DNA from: an uncultured Armatimonadetes bacterium | Lineage (GTDB): Bacteria > Armatimonadota > UBA5829 > DTJY01 | NCBI GenBank assembly: GCA_963717145.1 | Contig: OY970325.1 | Location: 1,664,001-1,728,000 of the forward strand | DNA: 64,000 nt | Direction: 5' to 3' | Shown here: positions 1 through 10,630 of the stretch, piece after piece | Position numbering within the stretch: the stretch's first letter is position 1 | Layout: every line of letters starts with the position of its first letter | Made by a program: the position numbers and the translations under genes | Notes under the pieces: model-generated | Seen by the model: only the letters and a program-made list of their open reading frames with translations | Database searches by the model: none | Told to the model about the DNA's origin: nothing

Positions 1-1416
1 CGGGGACGCCCCGCTCCTGCGTATGATGTCCAGAATGTCACCGTTGTTGAGGCGATGGCTCAGGGGCACGATCCGACCGTTGACCTTCGCTCCGACGCAG
101 TGGTTTCCGACGTCGCTGTGGATGCGATATGCGAAGTCCACGGGGGTCGAGCCAGCGGGCAGGTCGATGACGTCGCCCCTCGGAGTGAAGACGAAGACCT
201 GATCGGTGAACAGGTCCTCCGTGACGGAGTGCAGGAACTCGTTGGCATCCTTGGCGTCGGCCTGCCAGTCGAAGAGCTGCTGACGAAGCCAGGTGAGCTT
301 ACCCTCGAACTGATCGGCGCTCCCGCCCTCTTTGTACTGCCAGTGAGCCGCGATGCCGAACTCAGACGTGCGGTGCATCTCCCAGGTGCGAATCTGGATC
401 TCCAAAGGCTCGCCCCCCGGCCCGATGACCTTGGTGTGCAGCGACTGGTACATGTTCGATTTCGGCTTGGCGATGTAGTCGTCGAACCTCTCGCGGATCG
501 GCATCCACACGTCATGAACGATCCCGAGGGCATGATAGCAATCGCCCACGGTGTCGACGATGATCCTGATGGCGATGAGATCGTATATCTCCCCGAAGTC
601 GATCTCCTGCTTGAGCATCTTCTCGTAGATGCTGTAGAGGTGCTTCGGCCGCCCCTGGATCTCTGCCTTGATGCCCTCCCGCTCGAGCCGCGCCTTTATG
701 AAATCCACGACTTCCTTGAGACTGCTTTCACGGTCACGGCGAGTGCGGGACACCTTCTCGACTATATCCTCGTAATCATCGGGCTGAGCATACTTGAACG
801 CCAGGTCCTCAAGCTGCCACTTGATCTGCCAGATTCCGAGACGGTGTGCCAGCGGCGCATAGATCTGCAGGGTCTCCGTCGCGACTTTGAGTTGGCGCTC
901 TCTGGGCAGTGCGGAAAGGGTGCGCATGTTGTGCAGGCGGTCGGCCAGCTTTATTACCATGACACGGAAGTCTCGGGCCATCGCGAGGAAGATCTTCCGG
1001 AGGTTCTCTGCGCTTCGATTGACCTCCGCATGGCGCTTCTTCCGATCCTCGGGGTCGGCCTCTCTCGGCTCGAAATCGGCAAGTTTCAGCTTGGTGACGC
1101 CGTCTACGAGGGTCGCGATCTCCTTGTCGAAGGTCTTGGCAAGTTCATTGAACTCGACATGCGCATCTTCGATGACATCATGGAGAAAAGCAGCGGCGAT
1201 GCTCTTGGTGTCCATTTCGAGGTCGGCAAGGATGTTGGCGGTCTCCATCGGATGGTTGATGTATGGCTCACCGGAAAGGCGCTTGTGGTCCCTGTGGGCC
1301 TCGGACGCGAATTCGAAGGCCCGCCTCAGGAGGTCCAAGTCGGCATTCGGACTGTATCGCGTTACCTTGTCGATAACGGTATCTATCGAGATCGCGAGTT
1401 TTTCCTGAAGAGCCAT
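1..1416 (-). CDS. relA: Bifunctional (p)ppGpp synthase/hydrolase RelA/SpoT, truncated by window edge
   Basis: Manual minus-strand translation from ATG 1416: MALQEKLAIS...SGEPYINHP...FLHDVIED...IKLADRLHNMRTL...YQSLHT...EIQIRT...TGS motif TPVDFAYRIH; RBS-like GAAGGGG upstream. Absent from ORF track because it has no stop in the window. Confidence 0.97.
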   Translation of the reverse strand, partial: MALQEKLAISIDTVIDKVTRYSPNADLDLLRRAFEFASEAHRDHKRLSGEPYINHPMETANILADLEMDTKSIAAAFLHDVIEDAHVEFNELAKTFDKEIATLVDGVTKLKLADFEPREADPEDRKKRHAEVNRSAENLRKIFLAMARDFRVMVIKLADRLHNMRTLSALPRERQLKVATETLQIYAPLAHRLGIWQIKWQLEDLAFKYAQPDDYEDIVEKVSRTRRDRESSLKEVVDFIKARLEREGIKAEIQGRPKHLYSIYEKMLKQEIDFGEIYDLIAIRIIVDTVGDCYHALGIVHDVWMPIRERFDDYIAKPKSNMYQSLHTKVIGPGGEPLEIQIRTWEMHRTSEFGIAAHWQYKEGGSADQFEGKLTWLRQQLFDWQADAKDANEFLHSVTEDLFTDQVFVFTPRGDVIDLPAGSTPVDFAYRIHSDVGNHCVGAKVNGRIVPLSHRLNNGDILDIIRRSGASP

Positions 1417-1438
1417 GAGACCCCTTCGGCCGGCTATG

Positions 1439-1580
1439 TCTGCGCCTCTCCTTACGAGGGAGGGGCCGGCCTCTCTGCGCCCCTCCTTACGAAGGAGGGG
1501 CCGGCCAGCAGGCCGGGGGAGGTTCGCACGCAGAAACCCCCTCGGCCCAGAGGCCGGTCCCCCTTCGCAAGGGGGACATT
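1439..1580. repeat. REP-like palindromic element (CCCCTCCTTACGAAGGAGGGG...TCCCCCTTCGCAAGGGGGAC) with partial duplicate of its 5' part
   Basis: 1474-1580 is nearly identical to 59305-59412; 1439-1471 is a degenerate copy of the first hairpin. Confidence 0.9.
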
Positions 1581-1596
1581 GATGTCCACTCGCAGT

Positions 1597-3354
1597 CTAT
1601 GCGTATTCCGAGGGCAGCACGTCCCCCATCCTGTCCTCGGATACGCGCGCGTCGCGCAGGATCAACTGCACATTCCGGCGACCATTGTAATCATTGAGTC
1701 TTGCATTATAGCAGGTATCGAGCATACTTCCCAGGCGGATCGACTGCTCCGCGGGCCCCCACCCGAATCCCACGCAATCGACCGTCCGCCCGGCGGGAAT
1801 CCCCAGCTTGAGCTTCAGGTGCGCGTTCGTCGCGCCCATCGTATTCTTGTGTTGAACGGATGCGTTACGCGTCATGAACACCGGCTCGCGATTACAGTGA
1901 CCATAGGGTTCGAGGAGGTTCAACTCGGAAACCAGGTCCTGAGTGATCGATTCGAGGTCGATCTCGGCGTCCACTTCGACATGCGGCACAAGATCACACT
2001 CCGCCAGTATTGCGTCAGCCACGCGGTTGATGGCGCAGTCGAACTCCCCGAGATTGCACGTGCTGATCGAAAGCCCGGCCGCCTTCGAGTGCCCCCCAAA
2101 GCGATCGAGCAGCCCGCCGCACTCGACCAGCGCCTCGAGCATGTCGAACTCGGCGATGCTTCTGGCGGAACCGACGCCCGTCTGGCCGGTTTCGTCCAGG
2201 GCAATCATTATCGTCGGACGGCTGTAAGTCTCCGCCAGCTTGCCGGCCACGATTCCAACGACTCCCGGATGCCAGCCGGTCGAGGAAAGCACTAGCACTC
2301 TCGCGGTCTCAATGAGCCGCTTGGTCTCGATCTGGTCGACTGCTTCCTGCAGGATTCTGGACTGCTCGGTCTGACGCGCCCGATTGCAGGCCTCGAGGGC
2401 GTCGGCAATACTGGCGGCTTCGGCGTCATCCCGGGTCAGCAGCAGATCGACTGCGAGGGACGCATCATCCAACCGGCCGGCGGCATTCAGTCGCGGCCCG
2501 AGGACAAATGCGAGATTCTGGCTCGTGATCGGCTTTCCCGCGAGGCCGGATCGCTCCAACAAGGCTCTGACGCCCCTCTTGCCGGAACGAGGGATCTCTT
2601 CGATGCCGTACTTCACGAGGACCCGGTTCTCGTCGAGCAGCGGAACGATATCCGCGACCGTACCGATCGCCACGATGTCCATGAACCTGCCGCGGTACGC
2701 ATCTACATCGTAGCCACTCTCGCGGACGAGCGCTTCTGCGAACTTGAACGCGACTCCGACGCCCGCGAGGTCCTTGAAGGGATATGGACAGCCGGGTTTC
2801 CTCGGGTTGATAAGTGCAAGCACCTCGGCGATGTGATCCCCCGGCTCGTGGTGGTCGGTGACGATGACGTCCATTCCGTACGAGCGCGCAAGATCGGCGG
2901 CCTCAAAGGCGGATGTCCCGCAGTCGGCCGTGATGATGAGGCCAACTCCCCGTTCCCTGGCGACTTCGATGGCCGGACTCCGCAGATCATATCCCTCGCG
3001 CTGCCGATGCGGAACGTACCAGTTCACGTCGGCTCCGATGGCCGTCAGGACTCGAACGAGGAGCGCCGTGCTGGTGATGCCGTCCACGTCGTAGTCGCCG
3101 TGGATCATGATCTTCTCGCCCGATCCGATCGCCCGGCGGGTCCGCTCGACTGCGATTTCCATGCCGTCGAGCAGTCCGGGATCATGGAGGTTGGACATGC
3201 TGGGGTTGAGGTACCGGCGAACCTGATCCGGAGTGCGAATCCCTCGGTTCCAGAGCACTCGACTGAGTATCCGAGACGCCGGGACGCTCTGGACGAATGA
3301 GTCGTCCATCTCCACGTCGGGCTGCGCTATCTTCCAGTGTTTCGTGCCAAGCAT
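1597..3354 (-). CDS. recJ: Single-stranded-DNA-specific exonuclease RecJ
   Basis: GDYDVDG, TADCG, VTDHH, GSARS, GGHSKAAG motifs. Start placed at MLGTKHW; the longer ORF-track start runs into the IS66. Confidence 0.96.
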   Translation of the reverse strand: MLGTKHWKIAQPDVEMDDSFVQSVPASRILSRVLWNRGIRTPDQVRRYLNPSMSNLHDPGLLDGMEIAVERTRRAIGSGEKIMIHGDYDVDGITSTALLVRVLTAIGADVNWYVPHRQREGYDLRSPAIEVARERGVGLIITADCGTSAFEAADLARSYGMDVIVTDHHEPGDHIAEVLALINPRKPGCPYPFKDLAGVGVAFKFAEALVRESGYDVDAYRGRFMDIVAIGTVADIVPLLDENRVLVKYGIEEIPRSGKRGVRALLERSGLAGKPITSQNLAFVLGPRLNAAGRLDDASLAVDLLLTRDDAEAASIADALEACNRARQTEQSRILQEAVDQIETKRLIETARVLVLSSTGWHPGVVGIVAGKLAETYSRPTIMIALDETGQTGVGSARSIAEFDMLEALVECGGLLDRFGGHSKAAGLSISTCNLGEFDCAINRVADAILAECDLVPHVEVDAEIDLESITQDLVSELNLLEPYGHCNREPVFMTRNASVQHKNTMGATNAHLKLKLGIPAGRTVDCVGFGWGPAEQSIRLGSMLDTCYNARLNDYNGRRNVQLILRDARVSEDRMGDVLPSEYA

Positions 3355-3407
3355 ATCAGAGTAACCCAGTCGAAAGTCGAAGCGGTGAACCATCGCCGCA
3401 CGCTTAC

Positions 3408-3436
3408 ATAGTAATCCTTTTTCGAGGTGAAGGCAA
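3408..3436 (-). promoter_or_regulatory. Putative sigma70 promoter for recJ(-relA)
   Basis: TTGCCT-N17-TACTAT on the minus strand, abutting the IS66 target duplication. Confidence 0.55.
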
Positions 3437-3443
3437 TACGGTT

Positions 3444-4919
3444 GTAACAGTTCACGCTTGGGGATAACGAGTTTGATCAGGCGGGGAAGAGGACAGACTT
3501 GCCTGCGAGCAGTTGCCTGCAGGACTCGAGCATGTCCAGCCCTCGGACGTGCCATGTGCCAAACAGACTCATGAGCGTCATCTTTGTCTCGGAACCCTTC
3601 GCGCTTCGTGTGCCTCCGCATACCTTGCGGGCGATCACACACGGCCTCAGCGCTCGTTCTGCGCCATTGTTGTCCGACGGTACTTCCGGGTACTCTACGA
3701 ACATGAACAACTCATGCAAGCGATCCGTCAATCTCTTTGCCAGCACCTGCTGTGGAACCTCTAAGCCGACATACGGACCTGAGAGCGTCTCTACCTCTTC
3801 CTCGAAGAGCACTCGCTTCCACTTGCGAACCTCCGCCTTCTTGCTCCGGAACTTCTTTGCCTGATCGTAAACACCCTTCACCGCATCCGCCCATGATATG
3901 ACGTCCGGGTTATCGGCGTTCTTCTCCTTCAGTTTGTGCAGTTCCCTGGCCAGATGTGCCCAGCATATCTGACGGTCTGCAACTACGGGGTTGTATCCGG
4001 CGTAGCAATCCGTTACCACCACCCCTTCGTAGTCGCCGCCTATCGTTTCCTTAGGTATCTCTCCGCTCCGACTCCGCCGGTAGATGAAGTATCGCACGTT
4101 CTTAGTGGAGAAGGTCCAGATGTATCCGTTGAGCCCGTCCTCTCTCCAGCCCGTCTCGTCTGCGTTTATGTATGGACTTCCGCGTACAAGCGATAGAAGT
4201 CCCTTCATCTCGCCTCTGCCACAGCCTGCCACCGTGTGCAATATCTCGCTTATCTCTCCCACAGAGAGATGAAGACGATACAGAGCCTTCAGCAACCCCT
4301 GTATCGTTCGCTTTGTCATACGGCCTACTGTCGAAAGATACGATATCAGGCTCATCAGGTTCACGCCTACTCGATGCTTGCCTACAACCTGGCTCGACAG
4401 GTCAACCTTCGGCACATGCGCCTTGCCACAGTATCCGCATCTTCTGGCGATGAATCTGTGCTCGACTATGTCCACAGGCACGATCGGTATATCAATAACC
4501 TGGCGGACTCTCTTTACCGTGCCCTCCGTGAGTGCCCGACCGCAGTCCGGACACTTCGAGTGCGCATGCTCGACTACACGGGTGGGGGTCTCCCGCCTGC
4601 GAACGAACGACTTCTGGCGCTTCTTTCGTTCGGCTGCCCGGCGCTCTTTGCGGTTCGGCTTGACCCAGTCAGGTATGGGGGTGGAACTGCCGCCACCCGA
4701 GAGCTTTGCCTTGAGATCCTCCAGTTCCTTGACGAGACGCTGGATCATCTCCCGCTGCTCCAGGACAATGCCCACCAATTCTTCTCTTGTCAGACCGTCG
4801 AACTCTTCCACACAGGCATGTTCCACCCGCCCGGCCAAGGGTCCTTCCTATTGCAAGCCGACAATGTCGGAAAAACTCTCACTGCTCTCGCAAAATGATC
4901 CACAAGCCTGAACTGTTAC
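3444..4919 (-). mobile_element. IS66-family insertion sequence, single-ORF (ISBst12-like) type, 1476 bp
   Basis: Terminal inverted repeats GTAACAGTTCA(C/G)GCTTG(G/T)GGAT; perfect 8-bp direct repeat ATACGGTT at 3436-3443 and 4920-4927; lower GC than flanks. Confidence 0.95.
3477..4838 (-). CDS. IS66 family transposase
   Basis: Coiled-coil N-terminus, CPDCG/CGYCG zinc finger, ADETGW, VTDCY, QICWAHL, DNNGAERALR. Confidence 0.95.
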   Translation of the reverse strand: MAGRVEHACVEEFDGLTREELVGIVLEQREMIQRLVKELEDLKAKLSGGGSSTPIPDWVKPNRKERRAAERKKRQKSFVRRRETPTRVVEHAHSKCPDCGRALTEGTVKRVRQVIDIPIVPVDIVEHRFIARRCGYCGKAHVPKVDLSSQVVGKHRVGVNLMSLISYLSTVGRMTKRTIQGLLKALYRLHLSVGEISEILHTVAGCGRGEMKGLLSLVRGSPYINADETGWREDGLNGYIWTFSTKNVRYFIYRRSRSGEIPKETIGGDYEGVVVTDCYAGYNPVVADRQICWAHLARELHKLKEKNADNPDVISWADAVKGVYDQAKKFRSKKAEVRKWKRVLFEEEVETLSGPYVGLEVPQQVLAKRLTDRLHELFMFVEYPEVPSDNNGAERALRPCVIARKVCGGTRSAKGSETKMTLMSLFGTWHVRGLDMLESCRQLLAGKSVLFPA

Positions 4920-4932
4920 ATACGGTTCGGGC

Positions 4933-4971
4933 GAAAAACAAATGCCCCGACGACGGGTGTCGTCGAGGCAT
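4933..4971 (-). terminator. Intrinsic terminator after secDF
   Basis: Minus strand ATGCCTCGACGAC-ACCC-GTCGTCGGGGCAT followed by TTGTTTTT. Confidence 0.75.
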
Positions 4972-4987
4972 CGAGACGAGACCGGTG

Positions 4988-5015
4988 TCCCCTGACGACT
5001 GAAGTCGTCAGGGGA
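4988..5015. repeat. Short perfect palindrome (REP-like)
   Basis: TCCCCTGACGAC-TGAA-GTCGTCAGGGGA just downstream of the secDF stop. Confidence 0.6.
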
Positions 5016-5024
5016 TCGGCAGTC

Positions 5025-7454
5025 TTAGAATCTCCTCTTGCGCCTCTTGGCGGCAGATGCCTTCGCCTTGGCGGCTGCCTCGACCGCACCTGCCTCTGCA
5101 GATGCCTGACCGTCGCCACCATCAGACGTGGCACCGACGGTAACCATGGCGCGCTCCTCGACTCCGGCTCCGGCGACTCTGGTCTTATCTGTGAGTCTGT
5201 TCCAGAGCACCAGGAGCTGGCTTGCGTTGAAGATCGACGAGTACGTTCCACTGATGATACCGATCAGCAGTGCCGCTACGAACTGATGAATGACCGGGTC
5301 GCCGAAAATCTGCAGGGCCGTCAGTGTGAGTACAACGGTCAACGACGTGTTGATTGACCTGGCGAGAGACTGCACGATGCTCTTGTTCACCAACCCATCG
5401 AACGATTCCCCCTTGGCTCGATGGCGCAGGTTCTCACGGATTCGGTCAAAGATGACGATCGTGTCATGAACCGAGAATCCGATGATAGTCAGCAGCGCAG
5501 TGACGAACAGGCTGTCGATCTCCCAGCCAAGGAACTTGCCGAAGATCGCGAATGCGCCAATCACGATGCCTACATCGTGCAGCAGCGCGATGATCGCGCA
5601 TATGCCGAACCGGAGCCCGTAGGCCAGTCCATAGATCGCAAACCTGCCCGTAAGATATAGCACAATCGCAAGGGATGCGAACAGCACCGCCTTGATGGCG
5701 TTTGCAGTCAACTCCCGGCTGATCGTCGGTCCGACGGTCTCGAGCTTTGGCATCGTGAAATCGCCGACTTCGCTCTTCAACTCTGCGGATATGCTGGCCA
5801 ACTCCTCCTCGGTCATATGCTTGGTGCGGACGAAGACTTCTTTCGGGTCTTCCGTCGACTTCTGGACCATAGTGCCTGTGAAGCCGGCTTTCTCGAATAC
5901 GTCCTGGACCTGCGCACGAGTGACCGACTCCTTGAACTCTATCTGCATCAGGCTTCCACCAGTGAAGTCGATGCCGGGCTTCAGGGTGCCGGCGCCGAGC
6001 CAGAAGTACAGGCCCGGGATCAGAAGCAGGGCGCTGAAAGCGAAGTAGTAGTACATACGCCCAACGATGTTTACACTATGACCCGTCTTGCCCGAAACCC
6101 ACTGTCGTCCGAGGCCGAACCACACCGGATTCGTCGCCATGCCGGTGTTCACGAGCAGATACAGCATCGATCTCGTGACCGTTATTGCCGTGAACATGCT
6201 GATGGCCACACCAAGAAGCAGTACGGTGGCGAATCCCCGGATCGGACCTGTGCCGTAGTACCACAGGATCACGCATGTGATAGCCGTGCACATATTCGAG
6301 TCGAAGATCGAGGTAAACGCTCGGGAGAAACCTGCATCGATAGCTGCTCTCAGCGTCTTCCCGTTCCGCAATTCCTCTTTGAGCCGCTCGAATATCAGAA
6401 TATTGGCATCTACCGCCATGCCGATTGACAGGATGAACGCAGCAATGCCCGGCAACGTCAAGGTTACCGGAATGGCCTTGAAGAGCGCCATGGTGAGCAA
6501 TGCGTAGATCACCAGAGCGATGTCCGCCAACAGGCCGGGCAGCAGGTAGTAGCCCATCATGAAGAGAACCACGATGGCCAGACCGATGGCACCGGCATGC
6601 ACGCTCCGGTCCACCGAGTCACGACCGAGGGAAGCCTCGACACTCTGCTTTTGCACTATTTCGAGGGGTACCGGGAGAGCACCCGCCTTCAGCAGGTTGG
6701 CTAGTCGCGTGGCCTCCTGAACATCCTTGAACCCGCCTTCGATGATCGCTTTGCCATCGAGGATCGCGTTCCTGATCGTCGGGGCGCTGATGACTTTGTT
6801 ATCGAGTATGATGGCGAGGTAGTCGTTCACGTGCGTTCTGGTGAAGTCGGCGAACGCCTTGCGACCTTCTCTGTTGAACTCGATGGCGACATAGTCCTGG
6901 AAGGTCGACGGACTCCTCTGAGCCTCGGCATTCGGCTTGAGGTCTTTACCAGTGAGAATGATCGGCGATTCCTCGAGGACCTTGGCAATCGGAATGTCGT
7001 TTCCGCTCTTGTCCGTAAAGACATATTTCTCGGTGCCGTCGTCCTGCATCTCGATATCCATCTTGTACGGAGCCATCGGATGCCGCTGGCTCTTGACGTT
7101 CTTGAAGTAGCGGAACTCCATCTGAGCCGTGGACTTCAGGGTATCGATAGCTTCCTGCGGATTCTTGATGGCGGGGAGTTCAACGACTATCTGCTTGTCA
7201 CCCTTGGGCTGGATCAGGACCTCGCCGTAGCCGCCGCCGTTTACGCGATTATCGATAATCTTGACGACCGCTTGCAGCTTCTCCTGGTCCCACTTCTCGG
7301 TTGGAGGAAGCTTCTCGGTCCGAGCTTCGAGTACCAGTCGTGTTCCACCGGCGATGTCGAGGCCCTGCTTGGTGGGCTTCTTGATGATGGTCACAATGGA
7401 CACTGCGACCAGCACCAACGTCATTAGGAAGATCCAGAGTTGCCTATTCTTCAA
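5025..7454 (-). CDS. secDF: Fused protein translocase subunit SecDF
   Basis: GLDIAGG, GMAVDANILIFER, GIDFTGG, DTIVIFDRIRE, GTYSSIF motifs in one 809-aa ORF. Confidence 0.97.
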   Translation of the reverse strand: MKNRQLWIFLMTLVLVAVSIVTIIKKPTKQGLDIAGGTRLVLEARTEKLPPTEKWDQEKLQAVVKIIDNRVNGGGYGEVLIQPKGDKQIVVELPAIKNPQEAIDTLKSTAQMEFRYFKNVKSQRHPMAPYKMDIEMQDDGTEKYVFTDKSGNDIPIAKVLEESPIILTGKDLKPNAEAQRSPSTFQDYVAIEFNREGRKAFADFTRTHVNDYLAIILDNKVISAPTIRNAILDGKAIIEGGFKDVQEATRLANLLKAGALPVPLEIVQKQSVEASLGRDSVDRSVHAGAIGLAIVVLFMMGYYLLPGLLADIALVIYALLTMALFKAIPVTLTLPGIAAFILSIGMAVDANILIFERLKEELRNGKTLRAAIDAGFSRAFTSIFDSNMCTAITCVILWYYGTGPIRGFATVLLLGVAISMFTAITVTRSMLYLLVNTGMATNPVWFGLGRQWVSGKTGHSVNIVGRMYYYFAFSALLLIPGLYFWLGAGTLKPGIDFTGGSLMQIEFKESVTRAQVQDVFEKAGFTGTMVQKSTEDPKEVFVRTKHMTEEELASISAELKSEVGDFTMPKLETVGPTISRELTANAIKAVLFASLAIVLYLTGRFAIYGLAYGLRFGICAIIALLHDVGIVIGAFAIFGKFLGWEIDSLFVTALLTIIGFSVHDTIVIFDRIRENLRHRAKGESFDGLVNKSIVQSLARSINTSLTVVLTLTALQIFGDPVIHQFVAALLIGIISGTYSSIFNASQLLVLWNRLTDKTRVAGAGVEERAMVTVGATSDGGDGQASAEAGAVEAAAKAKASAAKRRKRRF

Positions 7455-7540
7455 AGTATCATATCCTCCCCGGTATACCCGTTGCGGCGTAGTATGCCGG
7501 GCTCGCGAAACTGTCGCGGAACCGGCGGCACAACGGACTC

Positions 7541-7569
7541 ATTATACAGACGGCGTGTCACGTTGTCAA
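7541..7569 (-). promoter_or_regulatory. Consensus sigma70 promoter for secDF
   Basis: TTGACA(7569-7564)-N17-TATAAT(7546-7541). Confidence 0.85.
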
Positions 7570-7588
7570 TGTAACGAACCGCTGCTAC

Positions 7589-8251
7589 TTACAGATCGTG
7601 ATCGTTGATCACGAGCTTGAACCTGCATCCGAGGACATCCGCAGCACGCCTGCACATGACCATTCGGAGCAGGAATATCTCAAAATACTCCATCACAGTG
7701 GCCGAGTCGGTATCGACCGTCAACTCCAGCCTGATGTCGTGGTTCTCCGCATCGACTCGCAGATACGACCTGTGGACCGCATGGTTCACCCTGTCGTGTA
7801 TGTCGAAAGTCAACGGATTGGGATTCTGCACGCGCGAGAAGTGAACGTCGGACTTGTCGCCGATGATCACGGCGGCCGTGACCGGGTTGATCGGGAAGCC
7901 GTTGTCCTCCTCGTGGTTTCCGATTGCGCCCATTATGATGGCGATCTCGGCCACATCCATGCCCAGATCGGTCAGGATCGAATGTGCGAGCAATGCCCCC
8001 GTTTCCGGATGATTACATCGGTTGATGACGTTTCCGATATCGTGAAGATAGCCGGCGATCGCGGCCAGTTCGGAGTCCCTGCGAGGGAGACCGAGTTGGC
8101 GCGGAATGCCTCTGGCCACTCCGGCGACGATCCCCGCATGGCGGAATCCGTGCTCGGTATATCCGATCGCCGACATCTGTTCGTTTGCTTTTTCAATATG
8201 GGTTCGAACTCCGGGATCGCGTTTCACGTCCCTGAGCGTCAATTGAGCCAC
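7589..8251 (-). CDS. HD-domain phosphohydrolase
   Basis: GYTEHGFRH, YLHDIGN, GNHEE, DKSDVH metal-binding motifs. Confidence 0.9.
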   Translation of the reverse strand: MAQLTLRDVKRDPGVRTHIEKANEQMSAIGYTEHGFRHAGIVAGVARGIPRQLGLPRRDSELAAIAGYLHDIGNVINRCNHPETGALLAHSILTDLGMDVAEIAIIMGAIGNHEEDNGFPINPVTAAVIIGDKSDVHFSRVQNPNPLTFDIHDRVNHAVHRSYLRVDAENHDIRLELTVDTDSATVMEYFEIFLLRMVMCRRAADVLGCRFKLVINDHDL

Positions 8252-8293
8252 TTTCTTTCGTTCTCCTGCGGGTCTGTTTCCACTTGCGCGGAC

Positions 8294-9472
<1,179 letters not shown>

Positions 9473-9583
9473 TCACATGTAGACACTCGTCAACTCCTGC
9501 ACCCTCGGACACAGAGAAACGCCATGCGCAATCACTACTTGGCTGCGCATGGCGCATAGAGAATCTGATCAGTTGTGTATCTC

Positions 9584-10573
9584 TCAAGCGGCCGGCCGCA
9601 GGCGCTGAAGCCGGTCTTCAGCTTCCGGATTGCTCCTGTTCATCTCGAGCACCCGAGTCAATTCCTCACGAGCCTCGTCGAGTCGCCCGTCCCGCTCGTA
9701 TGCCGAGGCGAGATTCATGTGCGCGCCTACGAAGCCCGGGTTGATCTCGATAGCCTTCTGGAACTGCCCGATGGCCTGGTCGATCATGTCCTGCCAGAGG
9801 TAACTCTGGCCGAGGTAGTTCCGCAAGTCGGCGTAGTGAGGATGCAGGGCAACCGCTTCTCGCAGCACTCCGGCCGCCTCGGGAAACATCGATTCCCTCA
9901 GGTACTCGAGGCCCTTCTCCAGCAGTTGAGCACTGGCATCTACGTCAGTCTCCACGAGATCCTCGAGCAGGATCACAGCCTGGCGAATGTCACCCGAATT
10001 CCAAGCCTTCAGTGCCTGGTGGTACCGGGCATCTGCATAGGCGGGCTGAGCCTCAACGACATCGTTGGCATATCTCATCCCGCCGGCGTCCTCCTCCATC
10101 AGCAGGCTGAGGCCCAGATACATCATGGCCTTGTAGTATTTCGGGTTGATGGAGATAGCTTTCTCGAACAACGGCCTGGAATCCGCGAACTTGCCGCACT
10201 TGTAGTACACGACACCAAGATGGAAGTTGAGATCGGCATACTGAGGGTGGAGCAGAAGGGCGAACTTCAGTTCCTCCTCGGCACGAAAGTACATTCGCAT
10301 GTGAAGATGGGCGAGGCCGAGATTCGCGTAGGACTCGCCCATATAGAATGAGGCAAGCTTCCGCTCAGGCGCGTCCGCCCCAGGCACGGTCTTCAATACG
10401 TGCTCGAACTCGACGATGGCTTCGGTATACAGTCCCTGGTCATAGAAATCTATGCCTCTGCTGTAGGACTCGTTACGGGCATTCCCTGTCTGTGTCACGT
10501 GGATGGCACCTCCAATAAGCGTGCGTGGGAGCATAGCTGGTTGAGTGTTAGGCGATGTGTCCCCACTGGTCAT
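9584..10573 (-). CDS. Tetratricopeptide repeat protein
   Basis: Repeated helical motifs (P.YADL, AI.INP); start uncertain. Confidence 0.85.
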   Translation of the reverse strand: MTSGDTSPNTQPAMLPRTLIGGAIHVTQTGNARNESYSRGIDFYDQGLYTEAIVEFEHVLKTVPGADAPERKLASFYMGESYANLGLAHLHMRMYFRAEEELKFALLLHPQYADLNFHLGVVYYKCGKFADSRPLFEKAISINPKYYKAMMYLGLSLLMEEDAGGMRYANDVVEAQPAYADARYHQALKAWNSGDIRQAVILLEDLVETDVDASAQLLEKGLEYLRESMFPEAAGVLREAVALHPHYADLRNYLGQSYLWQDMIDQAIGQFQKAIEINPGFVGAHMNLASAYERDGRLDEAREELTRVLEMNRSNPEAEDRLQRLRPAA

Positions 10574-10630
10574 ATTATCGGCGGCTGTGTCGCGAGTCTG
10601 AAGGGACGGAGGCGAATGGTGTCGGTCGAG

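Noticed and set aside
55-2295. 746-aa plus-strand ORF and similar long ORFs (7598-9559, 23237-24514, 46680-48101)
   Set aside because: Antisense shadows of real genes in high-GC DNA; no recognisable motifs.
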